From NCBI GenBank assembly GCA_028727105.1, contig JAQYOU010000022.1, positions 17,175-81,174 of the forward strand: a DNA stretch of 64,000 nucleotides. The letters run 5' to 3'. Under the pieces are notes generated by a model, which worked only from the letters and a program-made list of their open reading frames with translations, was not told where the DNA came from and did no database searches. A program made the translations under genes and the position numbers. This stretch comes from a bacterium (GTDB taxonomy: Bacteria; Bacillota; Clostridia; Lachnospirales; Lachnospiraceae). Positions within the stretch are counted from its first letter, which is position 1; every line of letters begins with the position of its first letter. Shown here piece after piece: positions 47,958-57,722 of the stretch.

Positions 47958-49229
47958 TTAAAGTGAAAGGCGCAGGATAAAATGATGATTCTGAACCAGA
48001 AACGTACACATACCGCCGTAGCGTTCTACAATGGCGCAGATGCTCTGCACGCCAATGCCGTGTCCCGGTTCATGAGATACCGGAATGCCGTTTTCAAATG
48101 GAATATGATCCCCACAGGGGTTTTCTATCTGCAAAAAGAGTCTGCCATCCCTGTTATAAAACTGCACATCAATGACACAGGTTTCCTTTGCGGCGGCGAG
48201 GGGCTGACAGGCGTGGAGCGCATTTTCCAGTGCATTCGAGAGCAGCACGCACAGATCGCTGTCTGAGATCAGGATAAAAGCGGGAAGAGATCCCTTTACC
48301 TTTATTTCAATGCCCTCTTTTCTCGCACGACCGGCAAAGGCGGAGAGAATAAGATTTGCAGCCTCGTTTTCGCAATAACGTTCCACTTTCTGTGCTTCGA
48401 TCTCCTTACAGATTCCGCTGATATAGGCTTGTGCCTGTTCTTCCTGTCCGTTTTCGATGCAGGCTGATACATACTGCAGATGATGGCGCATGTCATGGCG
48501 ATACTGGCTGGCAAGCATCTGGGACTCCCGCAGGGCATCGATCTCCCGGACAGCCTGATTGAGCTGGATACCAAGGCTCTTTTGTGCCTGCTTCAGTTGA
48601 TTTTGTGTGCGTTCCTTGACGGAATTGTACAGCAAAAACACCAGATACGCAGCACAGCAAACGAAAGGCATAAATTCCACCACCACCGGATTACCGCTGG
48701 CAAGCAGATCCGTGTATACGCTGGTCACATAATCAAAAATGTAATAAACCACCGGAATCGCACCAAACTGACACTGGGTCTTGGCCGGATAACCGGATAG
48801 CTGGCGTACGAGAGGCGAGGAATAATGCAATAAAAAGAGCAGCAAAGGCAGGGTGAGGAGCAGTTCGAAAAAATCCTGCATCGGCTGCCCGCCGGATAAT
48901 ACTGCGACTGCAAAAAGTGCGATCCACCGTCTCAGCTGGCAGCACAGATAGGCGGTAAGAATAGAAAAAAGCGGCCACAGGAGTCTGCCGGTGAGGGCGT
49001 AGAGGAGTAGAAGAAGGGGGAAATGAACGACGAGAGGATAGATCTCCCGCATAAATTCAGACCCCCAACGAAAATATACCAGACCCTGAAGCAAGGGAAA
49101 GAGTAGCATACAGCATACAAAGATCCAGCGTTTTTTTCGAGTGTCCAGTGCATCGCAAAAGGATGCGGACAATATGCCTCCGAAGAAGCTTACCGAAACA
49201 TTGTTTAAAAGAGAAATCCAGAAGCTCAT
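47958..49229 (-). CDS. AgrC-like membrane GHKL histidine kinase
   Basis: multiple TMs, RHDMRHH H-box, NALENA N-box, GHGIG. Confidence 0.92.
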   Translation of the reverse strand: MSFWISLLNNVSVSFFGGILSASFCDALDTRKKRWIFVCCMLLFPLLQGLVYFRWGSEFMREIYPLVVHFPLLLLLYALTGRLLWPLFSILTAYLCCQLRRWIALFAVAVLSGGQPMQDFFELLLTLPLLLFLLHYSSPLVRQLSGYPAKTQCQFGAIPVVYYIFDYVTSVYTDLLASGNPVVVEFMPFVCCAAYLVFLLYNSVKERTQNQLKQAQKSLGIQLNQAVREIDALRESQMLASQYRHDMRHHLQYVSACIENGQEEQAQAYISGICKEIEAQKVERYCENEAANLILSAFAGRARKEGIEIKVKGSLPAFILISDSDLCVLLSNALENALHACQPLAAAKETCVIDVQFYNRDGRLFLQIENPCGDHIPFENGIPVSHEPGHGIGVQSICAIVERYGGMCTFLVQNHHFILRLSL

Positions 49230-49233
49230 GTTG

Positions 49234-49959
49234 TCACCTGTCTGTTAAAAACGCGTATTCTAAGAAGGCGTTTTTGATCTCATTATACTTTCCGCGGGGG
49301 ATCGGGATCTCTGCCAGACATGACATGGTGATGGCACGGTAGGAGAGATTCTGTATGTACTCCAGATTCACCAGATAGGAGCGGTGAGGCCGCAGAAAGC
49401 TTCCGTAGGGGATCAGCTGTTTAGCCAGTTCATCCAGACTGCCGATACATTCCAGCACTTTTCCGCTGGTCAGATGGATGAACAGCGTCCGGTGGATCAC
49501 CTCGCAGTATTCCAGCTGAGCCGGTTTGATCCGTGTGATACCGGTTTTACTGTGAAGGATCAGACTGTTTGCCTGCTCTATTTTGCATTGTGCGAGAACG
49601 GAATCCATCAAACGGAAAAAGTTCTCTGTGCAGACGGGCTTGAGCTGGTAATAAAAGGCATTCACCGTGTAAGACTGTACGGCAAACTCAGCGGAAGAAG
49701 TCAGAAAAATGATCTTCGCATTTTTGTCGTAGTTGCGGATCTCTGCTGCGGCATCGATTCCGTTTTCACCCGGCATCAGAACATCCAGAAACAGGATATC
49801 AAACCGGATGCCTTGTTCGATCTCTGCGATCAGATCCAGCGGACTTTGGAAGGAAGCATCGTCGATCTCTATATTCTTTTCCGCGCGATACAGGGCCAGC
49901 TGTCTGTGAAGATCACTGAGCACAGCGCTGTCATCATCGCAAAACGCTATTTTTATCAT
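49234..49959 (-). CDS. LytTR-family response regulator
   Basis: CDDD, LDVLM, FLTSS, LKP; FLRPHRSYLVN. Confidence 0.94.
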   Translation of the reverse strand: MIKIAFCDDDSAVLSDLHRQLALYRAEKNIEIDDASFQSPLDLIAEIEQGIRFDILFLDVLMPGENGIDAAAEIRNYDKNAKIIFLTSSAEFAVQSYTVNAFYYQLKPVCTENFFRLMDSVLAQCKIEQANSLILHSKTGITRIKPAQLEYCEVIHRTLFIHLTSGKVLECIGSLDELAKQLIPYGSFLRPHRSYLVNLEYIQNLSYRAITMSCLAEIPIPRGKYNEIKNAFLEYAFLTDR

Positions 49960-50060
49960 GCAAAACGGCCTCCTTTTCCACTGATCTTTATCTGGTATAT
50001 GCATGTGATTTCATTGTACTGTATACTCAAAATTGCAGAAATCAATATTTTCGCGCAATA

Positions 50061-50132
50061 ATTTTAATCTATTTCATCTTTCTGTTCAACAAAAATGACA
50101 TAACTTGTAAAAAAACGACATAATTTGCAAAA
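50061..50132 (-). promoter_or_regulatory. LytTR-type box family 3 promoter
   Basis: CAA(A/G)TTATGTC x2 at 20-nt period; TAAAAT 41 nt after the start of the second repeat. Confidence 0.55.
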
Positions 50133-50176
50133 ATTTACTTCATCAAAAGCAAGCGTATTTTGGCAGAAAGGCATCC

Positions 50177-50878
50177 TTACACCTCCGCTGTAAAAATATA
50201 CTCAAAATACGCTTTCTTCGCGCTTTGAAGATATGCTCTGGAGATCTTTACTGCTTTTCCACAGGTCAGATAGAACATATCGTCATCGATCCGGTCAATA
50301 TGCTCGATATTGACAAGATAGCTCTTGTGGCAGCGGCAGAACCCGTACTTCAGCAGAAACGGTTCGAAATCCGTGAGTTTTCCGGCGATTTCTATTTCCT
50401 TGTTTTCAGATAATGTGAAAATGATCTTTCTCAGGCTGCTTTCCAGGCACTGAATATTCGATATAAGGATATCGATTTCCGTGCCTTCATAGGTGATCGT
50501 GATGGACTGCTTCTTCTTTGTTGTCTGAGAAAACAATCGTTTCATGCAGCCTTTCAATTGTTCCCGGTCAATGGGCTTCAACAGATAATCAAAGGCGAGA
50601 ACACGATAGCTTTGCACGCCGAACTCCTCACTGGTAGAGAGAAAGATGAGGGGGGTTTTTGTGTCGTTTTTTCGCAGAGAAGCTGCTGTGTCAATGCCGT
50701 TCATTTCCGGCATCAGGATATCCAGAATGATCAGATCATACGGATGTTTTTCATGGCTTTCTAAAAGAGCGCTTCCGTTATCAAATTCATCCGTGGAAAA
50801 ATGGTCGATGACCGAACCAAGGGCCTCGATCATATTTTGTCGTTCATTTTTTTGGTCGTCGCAGATCGCTATTCTCAT
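50177..50878 (-). CDS. orphan LytTR-family response regulator
   Basis: ICDD, LDILM, LLKP; FCRCHKSYLVN; no adjacent kinase of its own. Confidence 0.93.
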   Translation of the reverse strand: MRIAICDDQKNERQNMIEALGSVIDHFSTDEFDNGSALLESHEKHPYDLIILDILMPEMNGIDTAASLRKNDTKTPLIFLSTSEEFGVQSYRVLAFDYLLKPIDREQLKGCMKRLFSQTTKKKQSITITYEGTEIDILISNIQCLESSLRKIIFTLSENKEIEIAGKLTDFEPFLLKYGFCRCHKSYLVNIEHIDRIDDDMFYLTCGKAVKISRAYLQSAKKAYFEYIFTAEV

Positions 50879-50967
50879 AAAAAGTAACCTCAATAAAAAT
50901 CATATGGTTATTATTACATACTCCGCCAAAAAATTCTAGATGGTAAAATATGGGGCGGCATTGCTTT

Positions 50968-51037
50968 TGTCGATTCAAGACATTTTTGGTACGATTCGGG
51001 CAGCAGCTCACTTTTTCCTGATTAATTTGTTTATGGT
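50968..51037 (+). promoter_or_regulatory. LytTR-type box family 1 promoter
   Basis: TGTCGATTCAAGACA/GTACGATTCGGGCA at 21-nt period; TATGGT at +40. Confidence 0.7.
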
Positions 51038-51082
51038 GTATATAAGCCAAGCGGCTATGTATGAATGAAGGAGGAAGATCTA

Positions 51083-53086
51083 ATGAAAAAGAACCTGTTA
51101 TCGTTGCTTTTGACCATGGCAATGTGCCTTTCCCTCGTCGCCTGCGGCGGTGAGGAGACTTTGGATGAAGCGGAAAATGCGTTTTCTGAGGCAGGGGATG
51201 ACGTATCTTTTGATACTGACAAGTCCATGGCATCCAATAAACCGGGAGACGGCAGCTGGGCGGTGTACTGGTATCTTTGCGGCAGCGATCTGGAGAGCAA
51301 CGGCGGCTTTGCTACCATCGACCTCGCTGAGATGATGGAAGTGGAGCTACCCGAAAATGTCAATGTGGTCATTCAGACCGGCGGCTCATCCGTCTGGCAG
51401 AACGAGTATATGGATCCTGACAAGCTGCAGCGCTGGCTGTACAACAGCGAAGGTCTGCAGCTGTTGGAGGAACAGGACACAGCCAATATGGGTGATGCCC
51501 AGACACTGTACGAGTTTCTGGCATATGCCAACGAAAATTACCCTGCAGACAAGGTGGCAGTCACCTTCTGGAACCACGGCGGCGGTTCCGTGAATGGGGC
51601 AGCCTTTGACGAGCTCCATGATCTGGATTCTTTGGATCTGGCTGAAATGTATGAGGCCTTTGACGCAGTCTGGCCGGCGGATACAGAACATCCTGCACTG
51701 GAATTGGTAGGTTTTGATACCTGTCTGATGGCAACGGTGGATGTGGCAGCTGTATTCCAGAACTTTGCAAAGTATCTGGTGGGCTCTGAGGAAGTGGAGC
51801 CGGGTAACGGCTGGTACTATACCGGCTGGCTGGGTGAGCTGGCAGAAGACCCGGACATGGATGGAGCCGGGCTGGGAAGGGCTATCTGTGATACCTATTA
51901 CGAAGGGTGTGAGGCGGTCGGTACAGAGGATCAGACGACCTTGTCACTCACGGACCTGACGAAGCTGACTCCGCTGCTGGAGGCTTATGAGTCTTTTGGT
52001 GAGGAAGCCTTTGTAGCTGCTACAGAGGATCCCGGATTTTTTGCAGAGCTGGGCCGCGCAGCCGCCCAGAGTGAGAATTACGGTGGTAACACCCGTGAAC
52101 AGGGCTACACCAACATGGTAGATCTGGGGCATCTTGCCCGCCAGACTGCCTGGATGCTGCCTTCCGCCCAGAGTGTCTGTGACGCGCTGGAGGAATGTGT
52201 GCTGTACAAGGTGAACGGTATGTACCGATCTGAGTCTACGGGCTTAAGCTGTTATTATTCCTACAATGGTGATATCGATGATTTTAACGGTTACATCGGG
52301 GTGGGAGCAGGCATGGCCTTTAAGCATCTGTTCGCCTATGGTCTCACCGGCGAATTGGCAGAGGGCGGCGAGGAATATCTGGATTCTCTGAATATTCAGG
52401 AACTGCCGGAGATCGTGAGCCTGCCGGATATGGGCTGGGACAACATGCCATTGGACATCAATGACGATGGCTTTACCGTCCTGGATCTTGGTCCGGATGC
52501 GTATGATGCGTTGGCCGGCATTGATTTCCTGCTCTACTATGTGGATGAGGAAAGTGATCAGATGATGCTATTGGGTTCCGATAACGACATGGAGGCAGAT
52601 TGGGAAAACGGTGTGTTCAGTGACAATTTCCGGGGTGTCTGGGGCGCTATCGACGGACATCTGGTCTACATGGAGCTCTCCTGCGCGGACGAGGATTACA
52701 ATCTGTATTCTGTCCCGATCCTGTTAAATGATGAGGAGTATAATCTGCAGGTGGCTTACGATTTTACTACGGAGGAATGGTCCATTCTGGGCGCTGCAAA
52801 GGGTCTGGATGAGTCCGGTATGGCAAGCAAGGAGCTGCGCCTGTTGGAGGAAGGCGATAAGATCACTACGATCTGGAAGCTGGCATCCTACAGCGGAGAC
52901 GATGACTTTGAGATGTATACGGTAGACGACCTGACAGTGACTGCAGATACCTCCTTTGGAGAGATTGATCTGTACGATGGTAAGTACATCCTGATGTACG
53001 AGATGTGGGACGCTGCAGGAAACTATGTCTATTCCGATTCTGCTGACATCGACTGTCTGGATGGAGAGATGACAACGACGATCTAG
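51083..53086 (+). CDS. clostripain-family (C11) cysteine peptidase lipoprotein
   Basis: SLVA-C lipobox; YLCGSDLES, WNHGGG (His) and FDTCLM (Cys). Confidence 0.93.
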   Translation: MKKNLLSLLLTMAMCLSLVACGGEETLDEAENAFSEAGDDVSFDTDKSMASNKPGDGSWAVYWYLCGSDLESNGGFATIDLAEMMEVELPENVNVVIQTGGSSVWQNEYMDPDKLQRWLYNSEGLQLLEEQDTANMGDAQTLYEFLAYANENYPADKVAVTFWNHGGGSVNGAAFDELHDLDSLDLAEMYEAFDAVWPADTEHPALELVGFDTCLMATVDVAAVFQNFAKYLVGSEEVEPGNGWYYTGWLGELAEDPDMDGAGLGRAICDTYYEGCEAVGTEDQTTLSLTDLTKLTPLLEAYESFGEEAFVAATEDPGFFAELGRAAAQSENYGGNTREQGYTNMVDLGHLARQTAWMLPSAQSVCDALEECVLYKVNGMYRSESTGLSCYYSYNGDIDDFNGYIGVGAGMAFKHLFAYGLTGELAEGGEEYLDSLNIQELPEIVSLPDMGWDNMPLDINDDGFTVLDLGPDAYDALAGIDFLLYYVDEESDQMMLLGSDNDMEADWENGVFSDNFRGVWGAIDGHLVYMELSCADEDYNLYSVPILLNDEEYNLQVAYDFTTEEWSILGAAKGLDESGMASKELRLLEEGDKITTIWKLASYSGDDDFEMYTVDDLTVTADTSFGEIDLYDGKYILMYEMWDAAGNYVYSDSADIDCLDGEMTTTI

Positions 53087-53106
53087 AGTAAAGGTATAAA
53101 TGCGAC

Positions 53107-53176
53107 TGTCGATTGAGTACATATTTGGTACGATTCAGACAAAGCGCGCCCGTCCGGGGGCGGGAGCGTTTATAAT
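53107..53176 (+). promoter_or_regulatory. LytTR-type box family 1 promoter
   Basis: TGTCGATTGAGTACA/GTACGATTCAGACA at 21-nt period; TATAAT at +40; internal imperfect palindrome. Confidence 0.75.
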
Positions 53177-53231
53177 AAATACACTTTAGAAGTTCATACA
53201 AAGCATAGAACGAAGAAAAGGAGTATGTATT

Positions 53232-53852
53232 ATGGAAAACAGAAAAACAAGCTTTATGAAACGTGCAGCAATGTTTGTAATGGCACTGGCAGTAGTACTG
53301 ACCACCGTGCTCGTCCCGGTTCCTGCAAAGGCAGCAGCTGCAGATGCGTTTGTCGTATCATCCTACACGATGGCAAAGGGTGAGAAGTGGAAGCTCAATG
53401 TTTACAACGCAGACAATGCAAAGGTATCTTACAAAACCAGCAAGAAATCCGTTGCAACCGTAAGCAAGAAGGGCGTTGTAACTGCAAAGAAGGCAGGAAG
53501 CGCAACGATCACTGTTACCGTTAAGGACAGCGAAGGTACCTATCAGGCAAAGACAAAGATTAAGGTTAAAAAACAGATTACATACGCTGAGGCAATCAAG
53601 CGTGTCAATGCAGAACTGAATCTTCTGTATGTCTGTGCTGCAGAACTGGCAGAGATGAATGGATGGCTGGAGAATGAAGAGGCGGTAACTTATTTGGCAG
53701 CGTGTGCTGATCTGGTCGATGAAGCAAACGCTATGGCAAAGAATCCCAATGCATATACTGTCGAAGAGATGGAAGATGAATTAAACGCGATCGCAATTAT
53801 GGCAGAACAGATGGAGGGATTTTTACCTGTATTTGCAGAACCCTATGCATAA
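53232..53852 (+). CDS. secreted Ig-like (BIG2) domain protein with acidic helical C-terminus
   Basis: signal peptide; SKKSVATVSKKGVVTAKKAGSATITV. Confidence 0.88.
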   Translation: MENRKTSFMKRAAMFVMALAVVLTTVLVPVPAKAAAADAFVVSSYTMAKGEKWKLNVYNADNAKVSYKTSKKSVATVSKKGVVTAKKAGSATITVTVKDSEGTYQAKTKIKVKKQITYAEAIKRVNAELNLLYVCAAELAEMNGWLENEEAVTYLAACADLVDEANAMAKNPNAYTVEEMEDELNAIAIMAEQMEGFLPVFAEPYA

Positions 53853-53871
53853 TGAAGTAGAATAATACAAC

Positions 53872-53902
53872 AAAAGGAGAAGCCGTCTTTGGCTTCTCTT
53901 TT
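53872..53902 (+). terminator. intrinsic terminator
   Basis: AGAAGCC-GTCTTT-GGCTTCT followed by CTTTTT. Confidence 0.65.
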
Positions 53903-53949
53903 TGTAATATAGAAAAGTGTGCGAAGCATTTTACGGGAAAGGAGCGATA

Positions 53950-54921
53950 GTTTTGGAAAGACGCTGAATATGAGCATGGTGGAGCAGTTTTTTTCTGTGG
54001 ACTATGCGGATCGGGGGGATCTGTTTGAGGGCTTGTCTATTTGGGAAAATGAAAAGTACCGGAACATACAGGGAACCTATCCGGTGATCAGCCTGTCCTT
54101 TGCACGGGTGAAGGAAACCAACTATGCGGATACCCGTGAGACGATCTGTGCAATATTGAGAAATCTTTATATAAAGTTTTCTTTTCTGAGAGACAGTGAA
54201 GTGCTGACGGACGCAGGCAGAAGCGGACTACAATGATTTTATCAAGGCACTGTTACTGGGTGATGTCAAGGCAATGAATGCCTATATGAACCGTGTGTCG
54301 CTGGGGATCTTTAGCTATTTTGACACCGGGAACCGACCTTCCGGAGAGGAGCCGGAGCGCTTTTACCATGGGTCTGTACTGGGACTGATCGTAGATCTGC
54401 AGGGCAGATATGTGATCACCTCCAACAGGGAAAGTGGCTTTGGCAGATATGATGTGATGCTGGAGCCAAAGGATCCGAAAGAAGATGATGCGATCATTCT
54501 GGAATTCAAGGTACATGACCCGGAGGACGAGGCAACGCTGAAAGAAACCGTACAGTCTGCGTTGGCGCAGATTGAAGAAAAGCAGTATGCGGCGAAGCTG
54601 GTCAGCCGGGGTATCTCAAAGGAGCGAATTCGAAGTTATGGATTTGCCTTTGAAGGAAAAAAGGTGCAGCAATCTGCAGATATTGATGTAGTGGCCATTT
54701 CAGAAATTGATAAGTGCGCGGTAGTAGGTGAGTGCAAGTTCAAAAATGAAAAGATTGATAAAGGCATTTATGATACCCTGCTTCGAAGAGCAGGCTCAAT
54801 CCTCGGAAAATACAGGGTGTCTAAATATATCTTCTTTTCCTTAAGCGGATATACAGACTGGTTTGATACGCTAAAAGACAAGCGCGTGGTGCTATTATCC
54901 CTAAGCGATCTGTATGAATAA
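53950..54921 (+). pseudogene. fragmented AAA-ATPase/PD-(D/E)XK nuclease gene fused to a DUF234-like tail
   Basis: truncated Walker A FGKTLNMSM; internal deletion/frame switch near 54215; ERFYHG, SNRESGFGRYD and YGFAFEGKKV, then IDVVA..GECKF. Confidence 0.8.
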
Positions 54922-55040
54922 CTATGCGTTCAAGGAAGGCAAAGATACCTATCAGGCAAAGACAAAGATCAAGGTAAAAAAAGATATCAAGCAAAAAAGG
55001 TGTCAGACACCACCGACATGTATGCAGCATATAAATAAAC

Positions 55041-55073
55041 AAGACGGCAGCTCAGAACGAGCTGCCGTTTCTT
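55041..55073. terminator. bidirectional terminator
   Basis: ACGGCAGCTC-AGAAC-GAGCTGCCGT. Confidence 0.65.
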
Positions 55074-56357
55074 TCATTTCCTGATTGGTAGAATGACCCG
55101 AAGCGTGAACACTCCGTCCTGTGGCTCATAGCTGCACAGACCCTGATGATGCTCTGCAATGGAGCGGATACTCCTGCAACCGTAGCCATGTCCCTTCTGA
55201 TGGGAGACGGGCAGACCATCCTGCATAATAATCCGGTCGGAATACGGATTCTTGATTTCAATGAGGAGCTTGTTGACGCGAATGCCACAGTATAGATCCA
55301 CCCACTGCGCGGACTTCTCAAGAGAGGCCACGGCGTGGAGTGCGTTCTCCAGACCGTTGGACAAAAGTGAACACAGTTCCGTATCCGGAAGGGGGAGTGA
55401 CTTTGGCAGTTTTGCATCCACAGTCAACCTGATTCCAGAAGCGTCTGCTTTTTTCGTAAAAGAGGAACAAAGCAGATTGACAAGTTCGTTCTCGCAGAAA
55501 TGTTTTGGGGTGATGGCATCCACGTCACCCTGAACCTTCTTAATGTACGCCTGGGCCTGCTCCGGCTGATTGGCGGCAAGAAAGCCACTGATAGCCGTCA
55601 TATGGTGGCGCATATCATGCTGATAGACCGCCACCTGCATCTCCATATTTCGAAGGCTCTCCACTTCCAGCTCCGCCTGCTTCAGCTCTGCCACCAGCAT
55701 GGAACTATGCAGCTCGGCATCCGCCTTGATCTGCATCTGCTTGAAGTAGGCAGCGAGAAAAATCACATAGAAGATGATGAGTGCCGTGGGAAGAAACTCA
55801 TTCACCGCATGGATTCCCACAGACAATGCGTCGGAGTATACCACAGTAGCGTAGTCAAAGAAGTAGTAAGCCACAGGCAGACTGCCAAAAAGCAGAAGTG
55901 ACGGCGTGGAAACCGTCATGGCACTGTAGGCCGGACGTACAAAATACCGGCGCAAAAGCAGAAAAAAAGGCAGAATCACAAGCACATAGCCGATTTCCCC
56001 TGCCAGAGGGGAACGGGTGATTGCACTGACGGTCAAATCCACCCATCGGGGTAGCTGACAGCACAAATAGGCGGTACAGACGCTGACTAATGCGATGCCC
56101 ACCGGTTTTTTTAATACAATGATTAATATGAGTATGAGCGGCAGATGTACAATCAGCGGATACAGCTGCTTGGTTGCGCTCTCACCTAATATGAGCCAAC
56201 ATGGAGTCTGAATCAGTAGAAACAGTGGGCACAAGATGATAATCAGCCGCTTCTGTGTGCGGTCTGCAAAGCCTCCTGCGATATGGGCGCTGAGGAAGAG
56301 ACCGTAAATCAATACCAGTCCGTAATTAAGCACACCCAGCATGTCTAACAATGTCAT
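55074..56357 (-). CDS. AgrC-like membrane GHKL histidine kinase (paralogue of 47958-49229)
   Basis: TMs, YPLIVHLPL, AYLCCQL..W, QHDMRHH, NGLENA, GHGYG. Confidence 0.92.
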   Translation of the reverse strand: MTLLDMLGVLNYGLVLIYGLFLSAHIAGGFADRTQKRLIIILCPLFLLIQTPCWLILGESATKQLYPLIVHLPLILILIIVLKKPVGIALVSVCTAYLCCQLPRWVDLTVSAITRSPLAGEIGYVLVILPFFLLLRRYFVRPAYSAMTVSTPSLLLFGSLPVAYYFFDYATVVYSDALSVGIHAVNEFLPTALIIFYVIFLAAYFKQMQIKADAELHSSMLVAELKQAELEVESLRNMEMQVAVYQHDMRHHMTAISGFLAANQPEQAQAYIKKVQGDVDAITPKHFCENELVNLLCSSFTKKADASGIRLTVDAKLPKSLPLPDTELCSLLSNGLENALHAVASLEKSAQWVDLYCGIRVNKLLIEIKNPYSDRIIMQDGLPVSHQKGHGYGCRSIRSIAEHHQGLCSYEPQDGVFTLRVILPIRK

Positions 56358-57079
56358 AGATCTTCTCCCTTCTCCGCAAACATCAGTTGCATATAGTCCT
56401 TCTGGAGCTGCGGGTACAGAAGCCGCGACACCGGAAGCTGTTTTCCGGAGAACGTGCGAATGCCCGCAGAAGACAATTCCGCCACCTGCAGCATATTCAC
56501 AATGTAAGACCGGTGTGGGCGCATGAACTCCGGACGCTCAAGGAGCAGAGGTTCAAAGTCCTTCAGTGTACCGTAAATCTCCCGCGCCGTACCGTCTGTC
56601 AGATTGAAGTAAAGGTGCTTTCCGATTACCTCCACATAGGCGAGTTGATGGAAGGGGATTCGGATGAAGGAAGCCCCGATTTTGAGCGTCAGTCCCTCCT
56701 GTGGCTTCTGCTCCTGTAAGTAGAGGCGGTCAAGGAGCGGAAAGAGAATCTCCGCACGAATGGGCTTCAGCAGATAATCCATGGCCCTTACACCGTAGCT
56801 TTCGTAAGCAAAGCCGGGTGACGAGGTGAGAAAGGCAATCTCCGCCACATCATCAAAACTTCGAATCTCCCGGGCCGCCGTCATTCCATCCGTGCCGGGC
56901 ATCATCACATCCAGCAAATAGAGGGTGAAGCGTTCGTTTGGCGCCTCCGCCAGCAATTCCGCAGCGTTCCGGTATGACTTAAAGGGTATGGAAACCCGCT
57001 GTTCTTCCTGCCACCGGTACAGCAAATCTATCAGCAGCCGCAGTTCATCCGCCTGGTCGTCATAGATTGCAATATACAT
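56354..57079 (-). CDS. LytTR-family response regulator
   Basis: YDD, LDVMM, FLTSS, LLKP; FMRPHRSYIVN; 4-nt overlap with the kinase. Confidence 0.94.
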   Translation of the reverse strand: MYIAIYDDQADELRLLIDLLYRWQEEQRVSIPFKSYRNAAELLAEAPNERFTLYLLDVMMPGTDGMTAAREIRSFDDVAEIAFLTSSPGFAYESYGVRAMDYLLKPIRAEILFPLLDRLYLQEQKPQEGLTLKIGASFIRIPFHQLAYVEVIGKHLYFNLTDGTAREIYGTLKDFEPLLLERPEFMRPHRSYIVNMLQVAELSSAGIRTFSGKQLPVSRLLYPQLQKDYMQLMFAEKGEDL

Positions 57080-57149
57080 TCCAGAACCTCCTTTCTATCG
57101 ATAAATTGATTCTATCATAGGTGCTTTCGACATGCCAGTTCTCCTTATG

Positions 57150-57217
57150 CATTTCATGGCGAAAAAGCATACATTTCATGTCGCAGATGCAAAAAAGCAC
57201 ACGAAATGTGGTATGTT
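57150..57217 (+). promoter_or_regulatory. LytTR-type box family 2 promoter
   Basis: CATTTCATG(G/T)CG x2 at 22-nt period; TG-G-TATGTT at +40. Confidence 0.65.
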
Positions 57218-57251
57218 TTGTGTAAATAGTACAAAGGGAAGGGGGAGCGTT

Positions 57252-57569
57252 ATGGCATCCTGGCTCGCACCTCTGATTGCAATCTTAAGCACCGCTATCT
57301 GCCTGTTTCTTTGGTTTCGGGATGTGCGCCGTATTATGATGGAGCAGAAAAGCACTGTAGAGAGTGCCAAAGCCCAGCTCGTCACCTTTCGGGAAAAAGC
57401 ACAAAAATCAAGGGACGACTCGAATGCTGCCGCAGTGCTGGCGCGAAGTGAGAGCATTTACAGACAGGCGGTGGAACACTACAATCGAACACTTCGCAGA
57501 CCATGGATTTATCCTCCGGCTGCCCTGATGGGGTTTCGTACAATTCGGGAAGGAGGAGAACAGTCATGA
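57252..57569 (+). CDS. short LemA-like membrane protein
   Basis: N-terminal TM; YRQAVEHYN..L..P....A.LMGF resembles the LemA C-terminus. Confidence 0.7.
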   Translation: MASWLAPLIAILSTAICLFLWFRDVRRIMMEQKSTVESAKAQLVTFREKAQKSRDDSNAAAVLARSESIYRQAVEHYNRTLRRPWIYPPAALMGFRTIREGGEQS

Positions 57570-57721
57570 TTTATTGTTGTGAGGGCTGTGGATTTCTGTT
57601 TCGCCGAATCGGCGAGGTGAAAACCTGCCCGATTTGTGAGAGTTCTCGCTATCGTCTGGCGACGGAAGCGGAACGCTTGAAAACATTATTGAAACAAGAA
57701 AATATGAAAGGAATGGTTTAA
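57566..57721 (+). CDS. small zinc-ribbon protein
   Basis: AGGAGG RBS; CEGC..CPIC; coupled to both neighbours. Confidence 0.7.
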   Translation: MIYCCEGCGFLFRRIGEVKTCPICESSRYRLATEAERLKTLLKQENMKGMV

Positions 57722-57722
57722 T

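Noticed and set aside
49384-50061. 225-aa plus-strand ORF and other short nested ORFs in the track
   Set aside because: Shadows of well-supported genes, without an RBS or recognisable motifs
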